64,000 nt of DNA from positions 175,375-239,374 of the IMG/VR virus record IMGVR_UViG_2936514734_000001; one strand, 5' to 3'. Below are positions 39,409-50,387 of the stretch, piece after piece. Every line of letters starts with the position of its first letter. Position 1 is the first letter of the stretch. Source of the stretch: a virus (taxonomy: Duplodnaviria; Caudoviricetes). The notes under the pieces are model-generated. The model was not told where the DNA came from. It ran no database searches and saw only the letters and a program-made list of their open reading frames with translations. The position numbers and the translations under genes were made by a program.

Positions 39409-42300
39409 ATGAGTAAAATCACTAAATATGATCAAGAAATGCTTGATATTATACGTGATCCCGTTAAATGGACGGAACATCATCTAGGTGAAAAACCTCG
39501 TTGGTATCAAGAGCAGATACTTCGCCATCCACATCACCGAAAAGTGTTAAGATGTGGTCGGCGTATCGGTAAATGTATAGAAGAAGATCAGCGGATTATT
39601 AATCCCAACACAGGAGAATACAAGTCGGTAGGCGAGTTATATAAAGCTCAACTTGATGGAAGCCCAACACCGCTACTAACTTTAAATGAGTCTTACCAAT
39701 TAGAAAATAGTGAAGCTTTCTTCATTGAAGATAATGGTGTTAAGGATACATTTGCTGTTGTTACAAAACATGGTGCAAGAGTTGTTTTAACTGGAAACCA
39801 TCCTGTTTTAACAGTAGATGGCTGGAAAGAGGTTGATGCACTCCGAATAGGAGAAAGTATCGCCACTCCTAAATTGCTACCTATTTACGGACAGAAGCAA
39901 GTAGACAAGCATAAGTTACGTATCTTAGCTTATATGTTAGCTGCAGGAAGATTTAATAAGGACAGTATTAGTTTCCAAGCTCGTTATGAGGGTGTTAGAG
40001 AAACCATGCTAGAATCTTGTGAACATCTTGGTATTAATACATACAGAGAGCGTCACAAGAAAGCTACTATTTACCTTATTAATTTTAGCCAATTTGAATT
40101 TTATCGAGAAATTCAAGAAAAGAAAATCCCATCTTTCATCTATGAGCTAGACAGAGAGCATTTAGTTTTCTTCTTAGGTAGCTTATATTCAGCGGGTGGA
40201 TGGTTCTTTGCAGGACGTATTTGTGAAATTGGATATGCTACAAAAAATCGCAAGTTCGCTTTAGACCTCAAACATTTACTTCTACGCTTTGGTATTCAAG
40301 CAAACCTTCTACAAAAGGAAATGAATGATTCAGTTTATTACCATCTTATGATTTATCATCGTTCATCAATCCTATTATTCCTCGAACATTTATCTACTCC
40401 TGAACGTGATTATGAAGAAATTCAAGCGCGTGCTTTAGAAATGACCTCTTCAGAGCCAACTTTACCTAAAGAAGTATGGAAGTATATCGAAGAAGAACGT
40501 ATTGCCAAAGGCTTGAAAAAAGCTGATGTAGTAGGTAAAGGTAACCGTCGTTATCGTACTGAAAAAGGAATCTCATTGAGCAATGCTCGTGTTTATTCTG
40601 AAAACCTTCAGTCTGCTATGCTTCACGATCTTATTAACTCAGATGTGTTATGGGAAGAAGTAGTAGACATTGTTCCTCTTGGTAAGAGACAAACATACGA
40701 TGTGTTTGTTCCAGAGACACACAACTTAGTAGTCGAAGACATATTGGTTCATAACACATGGACAATGTGTGCTCATATGCTATGGGTTGCTTTTACTTGT
40801 AATGGCGGTACTAGTATTAGAAAAGGAGCCGCTTGTGTAGTTGCTACCCCATATGACAACCAAGCACGCTTAATCTTTGACCAACTAAAAACCTTCATCG
40901 ACAATAACCCCGTTTTAGAAGAATCCGTAAAATCCATTACTAAAAACCCATACGTAATTGAATTCAAAAACAAATCCATTATTCGTCTATTTACTGCAGG
41001 TACTCGTTCAGGTGCAGAGGGTGGTTCTCTACGTGGACAACGTGCGGACTGGCTTTATATGGACGAAGTGGACTATATGAGTGATAAAGATTTTGAGTCT
41101 ATTTACGCTATTGTCAACGAAGCTCCAGATCGTATCGGTACAATGATTGCATCTACACCGACTGGACGACGTGGGATGTTTTATAAAACATGTACACAAA
41201 TGAAGCTTAATCAAGATGTAAAAATGAACGAAAAAAACATCTATGATATGAGTACGTATGACCGTAAATCAGCGGAAGGTTGGGCAGAGTTCTACTTCCC
41301 TACAATGGTTAACCCGGAATGGGGACCAAAAATGGAGCGGGAACTTCGTAAACTCTTCTCTGAAAACGCATATGAGCATGAGGTACTTGCAGAGTTTGGT
41401 ACTGAAATGGTCGGGGTGTTCAATAAAGAATACATTGACGAGGCATCAAGCATTGGTTACAACTATACTACCTCTCCTGCACATCATGGTCCTATTGCTA
41501 TCGGGGTTGACTGGGATAAGTTCGGTAACGCTACACAAATTGTTGTTACTCAATATAATCCATTCGAACCGAGACGATTACGGCCAGAGCTTGGAGAAAC
41601 AGAACAAAAATATGGTAGATTCCAGGTTATTAACCGAATTGAAATTCCTAAAGGGGAATTCACATACGATAATGCGGTTAAAAAGATTATTGAATTAGAT
41701 GGAATTTATAATCCGTTTGCTATCTATTGTGACCGAGGTGCTGGTGAATACCAAATCGAGCTTCTACGTAAAACACTAGGTGATAGAGTAAAAGGTGTTC
41801 ATTTAGGAAGTTCTCAATTAGTACGAGATCCACATAGCAGAGAATTTGATAAGAAGCCACTTAAACCATTCATTGTTAACCAAACAGTGTTAATGCTGGA
41901 ACGTGGTCAAATTCGTATCCCTCACCGTGACATAGATGAAACATTAGCAAGACAAATGACTAACTATCAAGTAGTCCGCTTCAGTGCTAAAACAGGTGAA
42001 GCAACATATACCGATGTAGATGAACACGCATTAGATGGCTTAATGTTTGGTTTACTTGCATTTATTAATGAAAAACCTGAGTTAGCTGCTACTGTTATCG
42101 AGAAGCCTCATGCAAAAACGATTGGCAAGATTAAAAAGTCATTTACTGATCCGTTTAAGTTAAAAGAAGAAGTTAGATCCACCGATTCTGAATTACGCCA
42201 AAAACCTAAAAATACAAAAGTTCGTCAAAGAGCTAGTAAGGGTTTTGGATGGGGAAAACGTGGTGGAAATATGAAAATGCCGTCTCGCGGAGGATGGTAA
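39409..42300 (+). CDS. terL: Terminase large subunit interrupted by an intein
   Basis: Walker A GRRIGK|T, Walker B LYMDE, ASTP motif, nuclease IGVDW ... DEHALD. Confidence 0.92.
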   Translation: MSKITKYDQEMLDIIRDPVKWTEHHLGEKPRWYQEQILRHPHHRKVLRCGRRIGKCIEEDQRIINPNTGEYKSVGELYKAQLDGSPTPLLTLNESYQLENSEAFFIEDNGVKDTFAVVTKHGARVVLTGNHPVLTVDGWKEVDALRIGESIATPKLLPIYGQKQVDKHKLRILAYMLAAGRFNKDSISFQARYEGVRETMLESCEHLGINTYRERHKKATIYLINFSQFEFYREIQEKKIPSFIYELDREHLVFFLGSLYSAGGWFFAGRICEIGYATKNRKFALDLKHLLLRFGIQANLLQKEMNDSVYYHLMIYHRSSILLFLEHLSTPERDYEEIQARALEMTSSEPTLPKEVWKYIEEERIAKGLKKADVVGKGNRRYRTEKGISLSNARVYSENLQSAMLHDLINSDVLWEEVVDIVPLGKRQTYDVFVPETHNLVVEDILVHNTWTMCAHMLWVAFTCNGGTSIRKGAACVVATPYDNQARLIFDQLKTFIDNNPVLEESVKSITKNPYVIEFKNKSIIRLFTAGTRSGAEGGSLRGQRADWLYMDEVDYMSDKDFESIYAIVNEAPDRIGTMIASTPTGRRGMFYKTCTQMKLNQDVKMNEKNIYDMSTYDRKSAEGWAEFYFPTMVNPEWGPKMERELRKLFSENAYEHEVLAEFGTEMVGVFNKEYIDEASSIGYNYTTSPAHHGPIAIGVDWDKFGNATQIVVTQYNPFEPRRLRPELGETEQKYGRFQVINRIEIPKGEFTYDNAVKKIIELDGIYNPFAIYCDRGAGEYQIELLRKTLGDRVKGVHLGSSQLVRDPHSREFDKKPLKPFIVNQTVLMLERGQIRIPHRDIDETLARQMTNYQVVRFSAKTGEATYTDVDEHALDGLMFGLLAFINEKPELAATVIEKPHAKTIGKIKKSFTDPFKLKEEVRSTDSELRQKPKNTKVRQRASKGFGWGKRGGNMKMPSRGGW
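39574..40755 (+). mobile_element. 394-aa intein with a degenerate LAGLIDADG domain
   Basis: Starts CIEEDQRI, block B TGNHPVL, ends YDV.V..THN....ILVHN followed by T. Confidence 0.92.
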
Positions 42301-42303
42301 AAG

Positions 42304-42340
42304 ATAGCGACAGGTATCCGCAAAGGGCCTGTCGTTTTTA
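42304..42340 (+). terminator. Intrinsic terminator after terL
   Basis: cgacagg...cctgtcg followed by a T-run. Confidence 0.65.
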
Positions 42341-42352
42341 TATTATAAGGAG

Positions 42353-43729
42353 ATGAACAGTATGGATGAAAAAGAAATGTATGGAGAAGACAATGCTATA
42401 GATACAGAGTTTGAACGCTCTATTTTGGAATATCGTCCGAAAGTGAAATATGAACCTAAAAAACCAATCACTGTTAATTTACAAACTGAAGAAGTTGTCC
42501 TTGATGAAGAAGAAGATGATGAAGATGTAGATAGCAATGATTATGAAGCGGAAGAAAAGCCTGCACAGCAGTATCAGGACTTTGCAGAAACATATGATTT
42601 ACTTAATCAGATGATTGAATATGTAGAAGAAAAGATTAAAGATACTGTAGTTCCTTTATCAGCGGAACAAGTGGAAAAAATCTACGAGTCATTCCCTCAC
42701 TTAGACCCTTCACTACTTTCAAATGGTGTTATTGATTTCCAAACATACGCTAATACATTTGAAGATCCTGAAGCCCCAGCTAATTCACTAATTCAAGATA
42801 TTGTTCATTCTTATGCAGAGGATGTAGATGGATCGCTTGAACTAGAGTTGTATGAAGATTTAAAAGAGCTACAAGCAACCGTTCGAGAAGGTTATTTCTT
42901 ATACAAACAATCTATTTTGAAGAACTACATAGACGGGGAACTACCTGATGAACCTGTAAAAAATGAAGAGTTAGTAAAGCAAATAGATGAAGCGGTGCAG
43001 CAGCAAAATGACTGGTTTGATGATATCTCAAAAAATTACTCAGATACAGAAAAGAAATACTATGACACTCTTAGAACGGCATATGGTACACCTGAATTTT
43101 TTAAGGTGACTGAAGAGTATACTGCTTCAAAACGTCCGTATGATATTGCAGTTAGAGAAAATAAAACTATTCAAGAAATGATTTTGTTAGTAGACAACCT
43201 TCTTCAAGGAACAGAAGATACGTCTGCCCGCATCAAATCGGGATTAGTTTTAGGTAGCGATATTGACACGGAAGAGGTTATGAAGGTATTAGAAAATCAA
43301 GCTACTACTAAAGAAGAATTTGCTGAACTAATGAAAATGACACAGTTATCTCTTAAACTCCAGGTCAATTACCAAATTGAAGATAAAAAGCAATATCGAG
43401 ATGTGTTAAAAAACATAAACAATCTTTCTCGTAAGCAGAGGGCACATGATGAATTACTAACCGCCTTTGAACTTCGAAATAAGATGTATTTAAAAACATA
43501 TGATGCATTGCAAAACTTAAATTCACCTAGTAAGGATTTAGGAGTAGAAGCCTTTTTAAATCAATTGGCTGGAGGACTAAATCTTATACAGGAACAATAT
43601 CACGCATTTGTTAATGACGTCTATGCGATGTATACATCTGATTATGAAGTTCGTAGAGACAAAATTGAGAAAACATTAGACAAAGAGAATGCTAGAGCAG
43701 GCTATTCTTTAGTTTTAGATCATCTATAA
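42353..43729 (+). CDS. Acidic helical protein of the head module (function unknown)
   Basis: Long ORF between terL and portal. Confidence 0.7.
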   Translation: MNSMDEKEMYGEDNAIDTEFERSILEYRPKVKYEPKKPITVNLQTEEVVLDEEEDDEDVDSNDYEAEEKPAQQYQDFAETYDLLNQMIEYVEEKIKDTVVPLSAEQVEKIYESFPHLDPSLLSNGVIDFQTYANTFEDPEAPANSLIQDIVHSYAEDVDGSLELELYEDLKELQATVREGYFLYKQSILKNYIDGELPDEPVKNEELVKQIDEAVQQQNDWFDDISKNYSDTEKKYYDTLRTAYGTPEFFKVTEEYTASKRPYDIAVRENKTIQEMILLVDNLLQGTEDTSARIKSGLVLGSDIDTEEVMKVLENQATTKEEFAELMKMTQLSLKLQVNYQIEDKKQYRDVLKNINNLSRKQRAHDELLTAFELRNKMYLKTYDALQNLNSPSKDLGVEAFLNQLAGGLNLIQEQYHAFVNDVYAMYTSDYEVRRDKIEKTLDKENARAGYSLVLDHL

Positions 43730-43744
43730 GAGAGGTGTACAAAA

Positions 43745-45859
43745 TTGAGTATGTTAGAACGAATTCGTAGAGGAGTTCGATTAAGAACTGTTAGCGAAGC
43801 ACCTTCTTCCGCTAAGCGTGATCCTAAGAAGACAGCCGTTACTCGTTTAGGTCAAGCTGTTAAAAGCGCTGGTGGTGGAGGAGACTTTGAAGATTCACCA
43901 GTAGACCTAGCTGAAATTGGTCGTGCATATTACACTGACAGTTATATTCGTAGAGCAGTGGATAAACACTCAGCTCTAATGTTTAAAAATGGATGGGAAC
44001 TATCCGGCAAAAATGATCAGGCAGTTGAGTACGTTTGGACTCGACTTAAACTAATGGCTGAAGGTACAGGGCAAAGTATTGATTCCTTGCTACAAGAAAT
44101 TGCCGACAACTTAATACTTTATGGTAATGCTTATGTGGTAAAAGCTCGCGCAAAAAACAATAGTAATCCAAGTGGCCTAACCGCTACAGGATACACGTCA
44201 AATAAACCTGTTGCTGGATATTTCGTTCTTCCCACCCAACAAGTAACAATAAGTCGTGATGATGTAGGTAAGATAATTGCTTATCAACAATCAAGCGGTA
44301 CAGGTGGAGATGGTGTTGAATTTAAACCTGAAGACATTATTCATTTTGCTTATCGTAAACCGAGTGGACGAGCTTATGGTGTACCGTTTATCTACAATGC
44401 CTTAGATGATGTTAAATTACTTCGTCAGATTGAGGAAAATGTAGCCCGTTTAATTTACCGCAATTTATTCCCCCTTTACTTATACAAGGTAGGTATAGAT
44501 AAGCCAGGGTTTGAAGCAACTGAAGACGAGATTGAAGATTTACGTGAAGAGATTCGTAATATTCCTGTTGATGGTGCTTTAGTTGTCCCTGAGAGACACA
44601 ATATTGAAGTAGTAGGTTCTCAAGGACAAGCAATTGATGCTAATGGGTACCTTAAATATTTCCGTGAGCGTGTATTCTCTGGTTTAGGAGTGAGTGACAC
44701 GATTATGGGTATTTCAGGAACCGCTAATAAATCTACCTCTGATAATCAATCTTCTGACCTTAACGATACAGTTAAGGACTTCCAAAAAACCTTCTCTGAT
44801 GTAGCCAAATTCGCTATTATCAATGAACTTCTTTTTGAGGGTGGATACGATCCAACTCTAAACCCCGACGATGAAATTGACTTTGTTTTCCACGAAATTG
44901 AATTCGATGCAAAAATCAAACGCGAAAATCATGTTGTTCAATTGTTTATGCAAAACAGTATTGTCTTTGAAGAGATGCGTCAATTACTTGGTTATGACAT
45001 TCAAGTTGATGAATCACGCCTATACACAAATATGTTTAACGCTAGTTCTGCAACGGGTGATGCAGGAACAGAAGGAGCAGAGGCTGCAGCTAATCAAGGC
45101 AACAACAAAGATCAACCAGAGAACCAGAGCGGAAAACAAACTAGTCCAGGTAAACCTAAAACATCTGAAACAAGCAGTAAGAGTGCTTCAGTTTCTGAAA
45201 ACACAAAATTGACCGAGCAAGACCAACTGGTTACTTTGACTGAGACATTACAAGTTGGTGAGTTCACTAAGAAAGTTGAACAGCACTGGTTAGAGACGAT
45301 GGAAGATGTACAGGTTAGAGTCCGACGCAATGAAGATACAGATATGGTCACTTCGTTTACTACCGGATTAATAAGTGGACTAATTAGGGACCAAGTAAAT
45401 CCTTTTGTTGAGCGGGCCTTTTTACATGGATTCCAAGAAGGATTAATCCAAATGGGGAACGACTTAACGAAAATACAAAGTGGCGATATACAAGTAGCGG
45501 TGTCAAAACATAACAAAGCATTTGAACGATTAATGAATGACATTACTCGCTTAGTATCTAGTTGTTATGAAAAAGACAATCCAGCGGCTCATATTACACA
45601 TTCATTTACAGCTAATCGCTATCGTATTGGATTCATTGCTAAACGTATTGCTTATGAAGCCTATAACTATGGAGTTGCTCTATCAGCTGAAAAAAGTAAA
45701 AGAGATAGAGTCTACGTTAAGCACAAACCAAACTGTTGTAAGAAATGCCTAACTGCTTCCTCAGAAATCATCTTATCTGATGGTTGGAGAGAGCAGATCC
45801 CACCTCACCATACCAACTGCGAATGCACTATTGTTCTCAATAATAAGGAGGTCATCTAA
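43745..45859 (+). CDS. Portal protein with C-terminal MuF/gp7-like domain
   Basis: LYGNAY, FKPEDIIHF, YGVP portal motifs; C-terminal CCKKC...PPHHTNCEC. Confidence 0.82.
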   Translation: MSMLERIRRGVRLRTVSEAPSSAKRDPKKTAVTRLGQAVKSAGGGGDFEDSPVDLAEIGRAYYTDSYIRRAVDKHSALMFKNGWELSGKNDQAVEYVWTRLKLMAEGTGQSIDSLLQEIADNLILYGNAYVVKARAKNNSNPSGLTATGYTSNKPVAGYFVLPTQQVTISRDDVGKIIAYQQSSGTGGDGVEFKPEDIIHFAYRKPSGRAYGVPFIYNALDDVKLLRQIEENVARLIYRNLFPLYLYKVGIDKPGFEATEDEIEDLREEIRNIPVDGALVVPERHNIEVVGSQGQAIDANGYLKYFRERVFSGLGVSDTIMGISGTANKSTSDNQSSDLNDTVKDFQKTFSDVAKFAIINELLFEGGYDPTLNPDDEIDFVFHEIEFDAKIKRENHVVQLFMQNSIVFEEMRQLLGYDIQVDESRLYTNMFNASSATGDAGTEGAEAAANQGNNKDQPENQSGKQTSPGKPKTSETSSKSASVSENTKLTEQDQLVTLTETLQVGEFTKKVEQHWLETMEDVQVRVRRNEDTDMVTSFTTGLISGLIRDQVNPFVERAFLHGFQEGLIQMGNDLTKIQSGDIQVAVSKHNKAFERLMNDITRLVSSCYEKDNPAAHITHSFTANRYRIGFIAKRIAYEAYNYGVALSAEKSKRDRVYVKHKPNCCKKCLTASSEIILSDGWREQIPPHHTNCECTIVLNNKEVI

Positions 45860-47299
45860 TTGAATATTTTAAAGTGGAAGGGTCTAGATTTAGACCCTAT
45901 GAAAATCAGTGAGTCTGTAACAACTAAGGTCGATATTGGACAGGTTGATACAGCATTCAATGAATCTACTAACGAGAGCGGTATTACGGTTCTTTATCCA
46001 AAGATTGAAGCCATTCATGAAGGAAGAACCCGTAACTTTAACCGCTACACTGCTGAAAAACTTAAAGGAAACCATGAATTAAAAAGTGGTGTCTATAGTT
46101 GGACACAACCTTTCCCCAAGCCAGTCATCCACAATCATGATGTAAATACAGAAGCTACAGGTCGTGTTTATTCCGCTTCCTACTCCGATTACACTTCTGC
46201 CGGTCGCCCCGGAATTATTGTTACTCCCAAAATTACTCAAGAGAAAGCTATTAAAGATATTTTAGAAGGTCGTTTACTCACTGTCTCTATTGGAGCAACT
46301 ACTAATGCTGCTGTATGTAGTGTATGTAGTACAGACATCATCAATGAAGGTTGGTGCGGTCATATGAGAGGTGAAGAGTATGATGGCCAAATGTGTGAAT
46401 GGGTAGCCGGAGACTTATTCTTTGATGAATTAAGTTGGGTTAACGTACCTGCTGACTCAGATGCCATGATTACTAGTACTTCATTAGCTCAAAATACAAT
46501 GGCTACAGGTGAGAGCATTACTGTGCAAGGTAGTAACGAATCTAAGCCTGAAAAAGAGAAACAAATCGTCGTTGAGGGTACTATTACAGCTGAAAATATC
46601 GATACTTCGACTTCAACGTTGACGACAGAATCAGTAGTGGTTAAAAGTGATAGTGAATCAACTACAAAGGAGGAAAGCATTGTGACACAAGAGGATCAAG
46701 TTGCAACTGAAGCACAACAAGAAGTAACTGATGTTACTGAGCAAACAGATGAAGCTACTCAACAAGAACAAGCTACAGATGAAACGAATGTAGTTGAAAA
46801 TGCAGAAGTAGAAGAGTCAACAGAGACAGAAGAAGAAAACCTTGAAGCTGAAGTTGTAGAAGAAAACGCTAATGCAGAAGAACCTGCTGTAGCAGAAGCA
46901 GATACATCGATTGAACTTCAAAAGGCACAAGACGACTTAGCTGAAGCTCAAAAAACTATTGATGAATTAACAGAGGCGAATGTACAACTTGCAAAAGAGC
47001 TACATGAAGCTACGGTTAATTTCTTAGTAGATTTACGTGTTGCCGTTGGTAAAGAATCTAGCCGTGAAGATGCAGTTACGAAATATACTGCTCGCACATT
47101 AGAATCATTACGTGATTCAATCTCTGACATTCTAGTAGAAAAGCCAGCTATTAATAAGCAGGTTACTCGTAATGTTGAACATGTAGAAAAGCCAACAGGT
47201 GAAAAAATCGTTACCGAAAGTAAAGACTTGTTAACAAAGAAGGTAATGGTTACAAATAACGAAGAAGCATTAATTAGTCTATTAACTGGACGCAGATAA
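45860..47299 (+). CDS. Prohead protease fused to an acidic scaffold
   Basis: PVIHNHD, LTVSIG, ELSWVNVPAD; E-rich coiled-coil C-terminal half. Confidence 0.82.
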   Translation: MNILKWKGLDLDPMKISESVTTKVDIGQVDTAFNESTNESGITVLYPKIEAIHEGRTRNFNRYTAEKLKGNHELKSGVYSWTQPFPKPVIHNHDVNTEATGRVYSASYSDYTSAGRPGIIVTPKITQEKAIKDILEGRLLTVSIGATTNAAVCSVCSTDIINEGWCGHMRGEEYDGQMCEWVAGDLFFDELSWVNVPADSDAMITSTSLAQNTMATGESITVQGSNESKPEKEKQIVVEGTITAENIDTSTSTLTTESVVVKSDSESTTKEESIVTQEDQVATEAQQEVTDVTEQTDEATQQEQATDETNVVENAEVEESTETEEENLEAEVVEENANAEEPAVAEADTSIELQKAQDDLAEAQKTIDELTEANVQLAKELHEATVNFLVDLRVAVGKESSREDAVTKYTARTLESLRDSISDILVEKPAINKQVTRNVEHVEKPTGEKIVTESKDLLTKKVMVTNNEEALISLLTGRR

Positions 47300-47319
47300 A
47301 ATAAGGAGGCACATTACAA

Positions 47320-48585
47320 ATGGCACAATTTCCAAATGTAAATGGTTCTTACAAGGCAAAAGGTAAGTCACATACTGGATTAGTAGTTTCCGAGGGCATG
47401 GCGCCAGCAGAGGAAATGATTATCTCACGTACTAATGGTGCGGCACCTTTTATCTATGAATATGGACCAGAAGGTAATCAAACAGTAGTTTTAGCGAAAG
47501 GTAAGATCGTTGAAGTAGTCGGTTCTGAATACGACTCTGAAACTGGTTATTACAAAACAGCGGTGAAGCAGGCAACTGACGCATCTGAGAAAGTTACTGG
47601 TGTTAACCACCAAAACGTATACTCTCGCCGTCGTGACGGTATGGTTAGTACATTAACTACACCAACTGTAATCACTCGTAACTATATTGAAGTACCATTA
47701 TTCGAAACAGAAGGTACAGCGGATTTAGGAGCTGCTCAAGTTCTTGCAGAAGCAATGAAATTTGGTGCTGCAGTATCTAACAAAGGCGGAGAAAACGAAG
47801 CTCAAACAGTTTTACTTCCTGGTGACCGTGTAGTTTCTGACCGTTCTGGTAACTTCCGTAAATATGTAAAAGGTACAGATTCTCCTGAAGCAATCATTGG
47901 ACAAGTTTGGGCTAAAGAAACTGAACTTCCTCCTGCAGGTTTCCTTCAATACTACTCTGACCTAGTAAACCCTGAAATGGAACAATTCTTAAAATTAATG
48001 TCACGTACTCCATCTCCAGGTCTTCCAGCAACAGGTGACGGTGCATTCCCTTATGGAGCTCCTTACACAGTTAAAGGTTGGAAACCGGAATTTGAAAAAT
48101 TATTAATGGGCGCTAAAATGGCTGGTATTCCGTTCTTAACAGATGGATTCTTCCGTGCTCAAGAAGTTCGTACATTCGCAGCATCTACAGGTACTGCAGG
48201 CTCTATGACTTTAAGTGCTGATATCGAAGCAGTTCGTTCTGGTGAAGGAACTACATTTGATGTAGCAAACAACAAAGTAGTTGTAAACGCTGGTGTTAAA
48301 AACGCTGCTGTATTTGTGAAATTAAAACACAAAATCGACGTTACTAAATTAGCAAACGTTGCTGCTCAAATTGACGGTAAAGCGGTTAATGCTAATGACA
48401 TGCACGTTGATGTACAAAACAACACTATTGTTATCTACTTACCTATTAACGATACGAAAGATCCTGTAGAACATACTGGATTAACTTTCACAGTTCCTAT
48501 GGTTGTAGATCCAATCGCTGGTATTCCTACTGGATGGGATCACAAAGGTTCTGTCGGTGCAGTACGTATCTTACTTCAAAAATAA
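47320..48585 (+). CDS. Capsid decoration/structural protein
   Basis: Between protease and capsid genes; strongly biased codon usage. Confidence 0.6.
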   Translation: MAQFPNVNGSYKAKGKSHTGLVVSEGMAPAEEMIISRTNGAAPFIYEYGPEGNQTVVLAKGKIVEVVGSEYDSETGYYKTAVKQATDASEKVTGVNHQNVYSRRRDGMVSTLTTPTVITRNYIEVPLFETEGTADLGAAQVLAEAMKFGAAVSNKGGENEAQTVLLPGDRVVSDRSGNFRKYVKGTDSPEAIIGQVWAKETELPPAGFLQYYSDLVNPEMEQFLKLMSRTPSPGLPATGDGAFPYGAPYTVKGWKPEFEKLLMGAKMAGIPFLTDGFFRAQEVRTFAASTGTAGSMTLSADIEAVRSGEGTTFDVANNKVVVNAGVKNAAVFVKLKHKIDVTKLANVAAQIDGKAVNANDMHVDVQNNTIVIYLPINDTKDPVEHTGLTFTVPMVVDPIAGIPTGWDHKGSVGAVRILLQK

Positions 48586-48788
48586 TTCACTTCGATTTAC
48601 CCTCAATTTTCTTCTGAATTGCTAGTCAAGACTCCCTTAAACAGATTATCCAAGTTTAACCTTTACGGTCTTTAGATTAACAGCTTAAAAGAATAATAGA
48701 CACTATCTCATTTAAGGTGGGGGTGTTCTCAACATAGAAACCTCCACTTTAAATCCTTAACACAAATTATTAGGAGGATATATATATC

Positions 48789-49895
48789 ATGGAAAATCTT
48801 GAGCTTCATGAGAAGTATACAAAAATGATGGCTTACGCAGGCAAAGTTCCTGTTCAGCAACGTGTAACTGTTAGCGAAGCATTAACATCCGCTGATGCAA
48901 ATATTTTAATCCCGAAAGTAATCTCTACAGTAGTTTTAGAGGCTGCTGAACCTTTAACTCTAGTATCTAACTTATTCCAAAAGGTTACTTTAAACGAAGG
49001 GCGTTCAATGGAATTTATCCATTTTGGAGCTATCCGAGCTTTTGAAATCGGAGAAGGCCGAGAATATCCAGAACAAAACTTAGACCTTACTGGTGGCGGA
49101 ATTGGGTCTGTAGACGTTAAAGTCAAAAAATACGGTTTGAAAATCGCTATTACAGACGAAATGATCTCAGACTCACAATGGGATGTAATTGGATTACACT
49201 TACGTGCCGCTGGTCGTGCAATGGCTGCTAAGAAAGAAGAAGTAACATTTACAGAGTTCCGTAAAGCAGGACATGTAGTATTCGATGCTGATATGTTTGG
49301 TCCAAACCAAGAAGGATACCCTACAGGTCGTGGTTTTGACGGAGAATTAAATGGTACGTTAGCTGCTGAAGATATTATCGACATGGCAGTATCTATTATG
49401 TCCGCTGGATTCCAACCCACAACAATCATCATGCATCCTCTATGCTGGTCACTATTCGCTAAAAACGCCGCTCTTGAAGGTACAAGCGTAGCTGCTTTCG
49501 GACAAGGCTCTTCAAACTTCGATCCTCGATCATTCAACACCTCAAACGCATTAGGCTTAGAAGTAATCTTCTCTCCATTCGTTCCTTTCGATCAAGCTGA
49601 GAAAAAATTCGATTTCTACTTAATTGATAAAAATAACATTGGTGTACTACTTGTGAAAGACGAAATCTCAACTGAGCAATTCGACGATCCAAGCCGTGAC
49701 ATTCAAACTCTTAAATTAAAAGAGCGTTACGGAGTAGGTGTACTAAACGGAGGTCTTGCAATCGCTGTGGCTAAAAATATCCGATTCGCTAAAACTTTCC
49801 CAGCTCCAGAACGTAAATTCGCTGATATGCCACTTCCAAGTGACATGGATCCAAAAAGTGATAAATACGTTAAAGGTGCACATGACGCTATCTAA
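48789..49895 (+). CDS. Major capsid protein (HK97 fold)
   Basis: IGEGREYPE, VKKYGLKIAITDEMISDS, IIMHP, ERYGVGV. Confidence 0.88.
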   Translation: MENLELHEKYTKMMAYAGKVPVQQRVTVSEALTSADANILIPKVISTVVLEAAEPLTLVSNLFQKVTLNEGRSMEFIHFGAIRAFEIGEGREYPEQNLDLTGGGIGSVDVKVKKYGLKIAITDEMISDSQWDVIGLHLRAAGRAMAAKKEEVTFTEFRKAGHVVFDADMFGPNQEGYPTGRGFDGELNGTLAAEDIIDMAVSIMSAGFQPTTIIMHPLCWSLFAKNAALEGTSVAAFGQGSSNFDPRSFNTSNALGLEVIFSPFVPFDQAEKKFDFYLIDKNNIGVLLVKDEISTEQFDDPSRDIQTLKLKERYGVGVLNGGLAIAVAKNIRFAKTFPAPERKFADMPLPSDMDPKSDKYVKGAHDAI

Positions 49896-49970
49896 TCCGC
49901 TTATAAATGAGGCCTGCTAACAAGCAGGTTTCTCATTTGTAATAAATATCATAATCGGAGGCGTTGTTAT

Positions 49971-50315
49971 ATGAAAATTGAAAAGGTTATTTGTAAAACT
50001 GGACTACCAGAGGTTATCGCAACTGGTGTTCAAGGTGGAGGTTATGTTACCATCACTGGATCTATTTCCTATAGTAGTGCCAAAACAACTCTTGGAACCA
50101 AAGAGTATATGGAATCCCCTTCTTCTGGAATGTGTCTATCCATGATTACTGATAAGGAATACACGTTTTATTTAAATGAAGGAGAAAAATTATACGGAAA
50201 CGGTAGTAAAGATTATCCGGGTAACTACACTATTATCTACCTTAATCAAGAACCTTTACCTCAAAATAACAATCCTCTAAGCTTTACTGGCACAATCAAC
50301 CTTAGCCAGTCGTAA
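49971..50315 (+). CDS. Hypothetical virion-module protein
   Basis: ORF with GGAGG SD. Confidence 0.55.
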   Translation: MKIEKVICKTGLPEVIATGVQGGGYVTITGSISYSSAKTTLGTKEYMESPSSGMCLSMITDKEYTFYLNEGEKLYGNGSKDYPGNYTIIYLNQEPLPQNNNPLSFTGTINLSQS

Positions 50316-50387
50316 AACCTACGGGCTCCTACAGTTGATGTAGGGGCTTCTTTTATATCTAATTACAAATTGAAAGGATGTTTCTTA

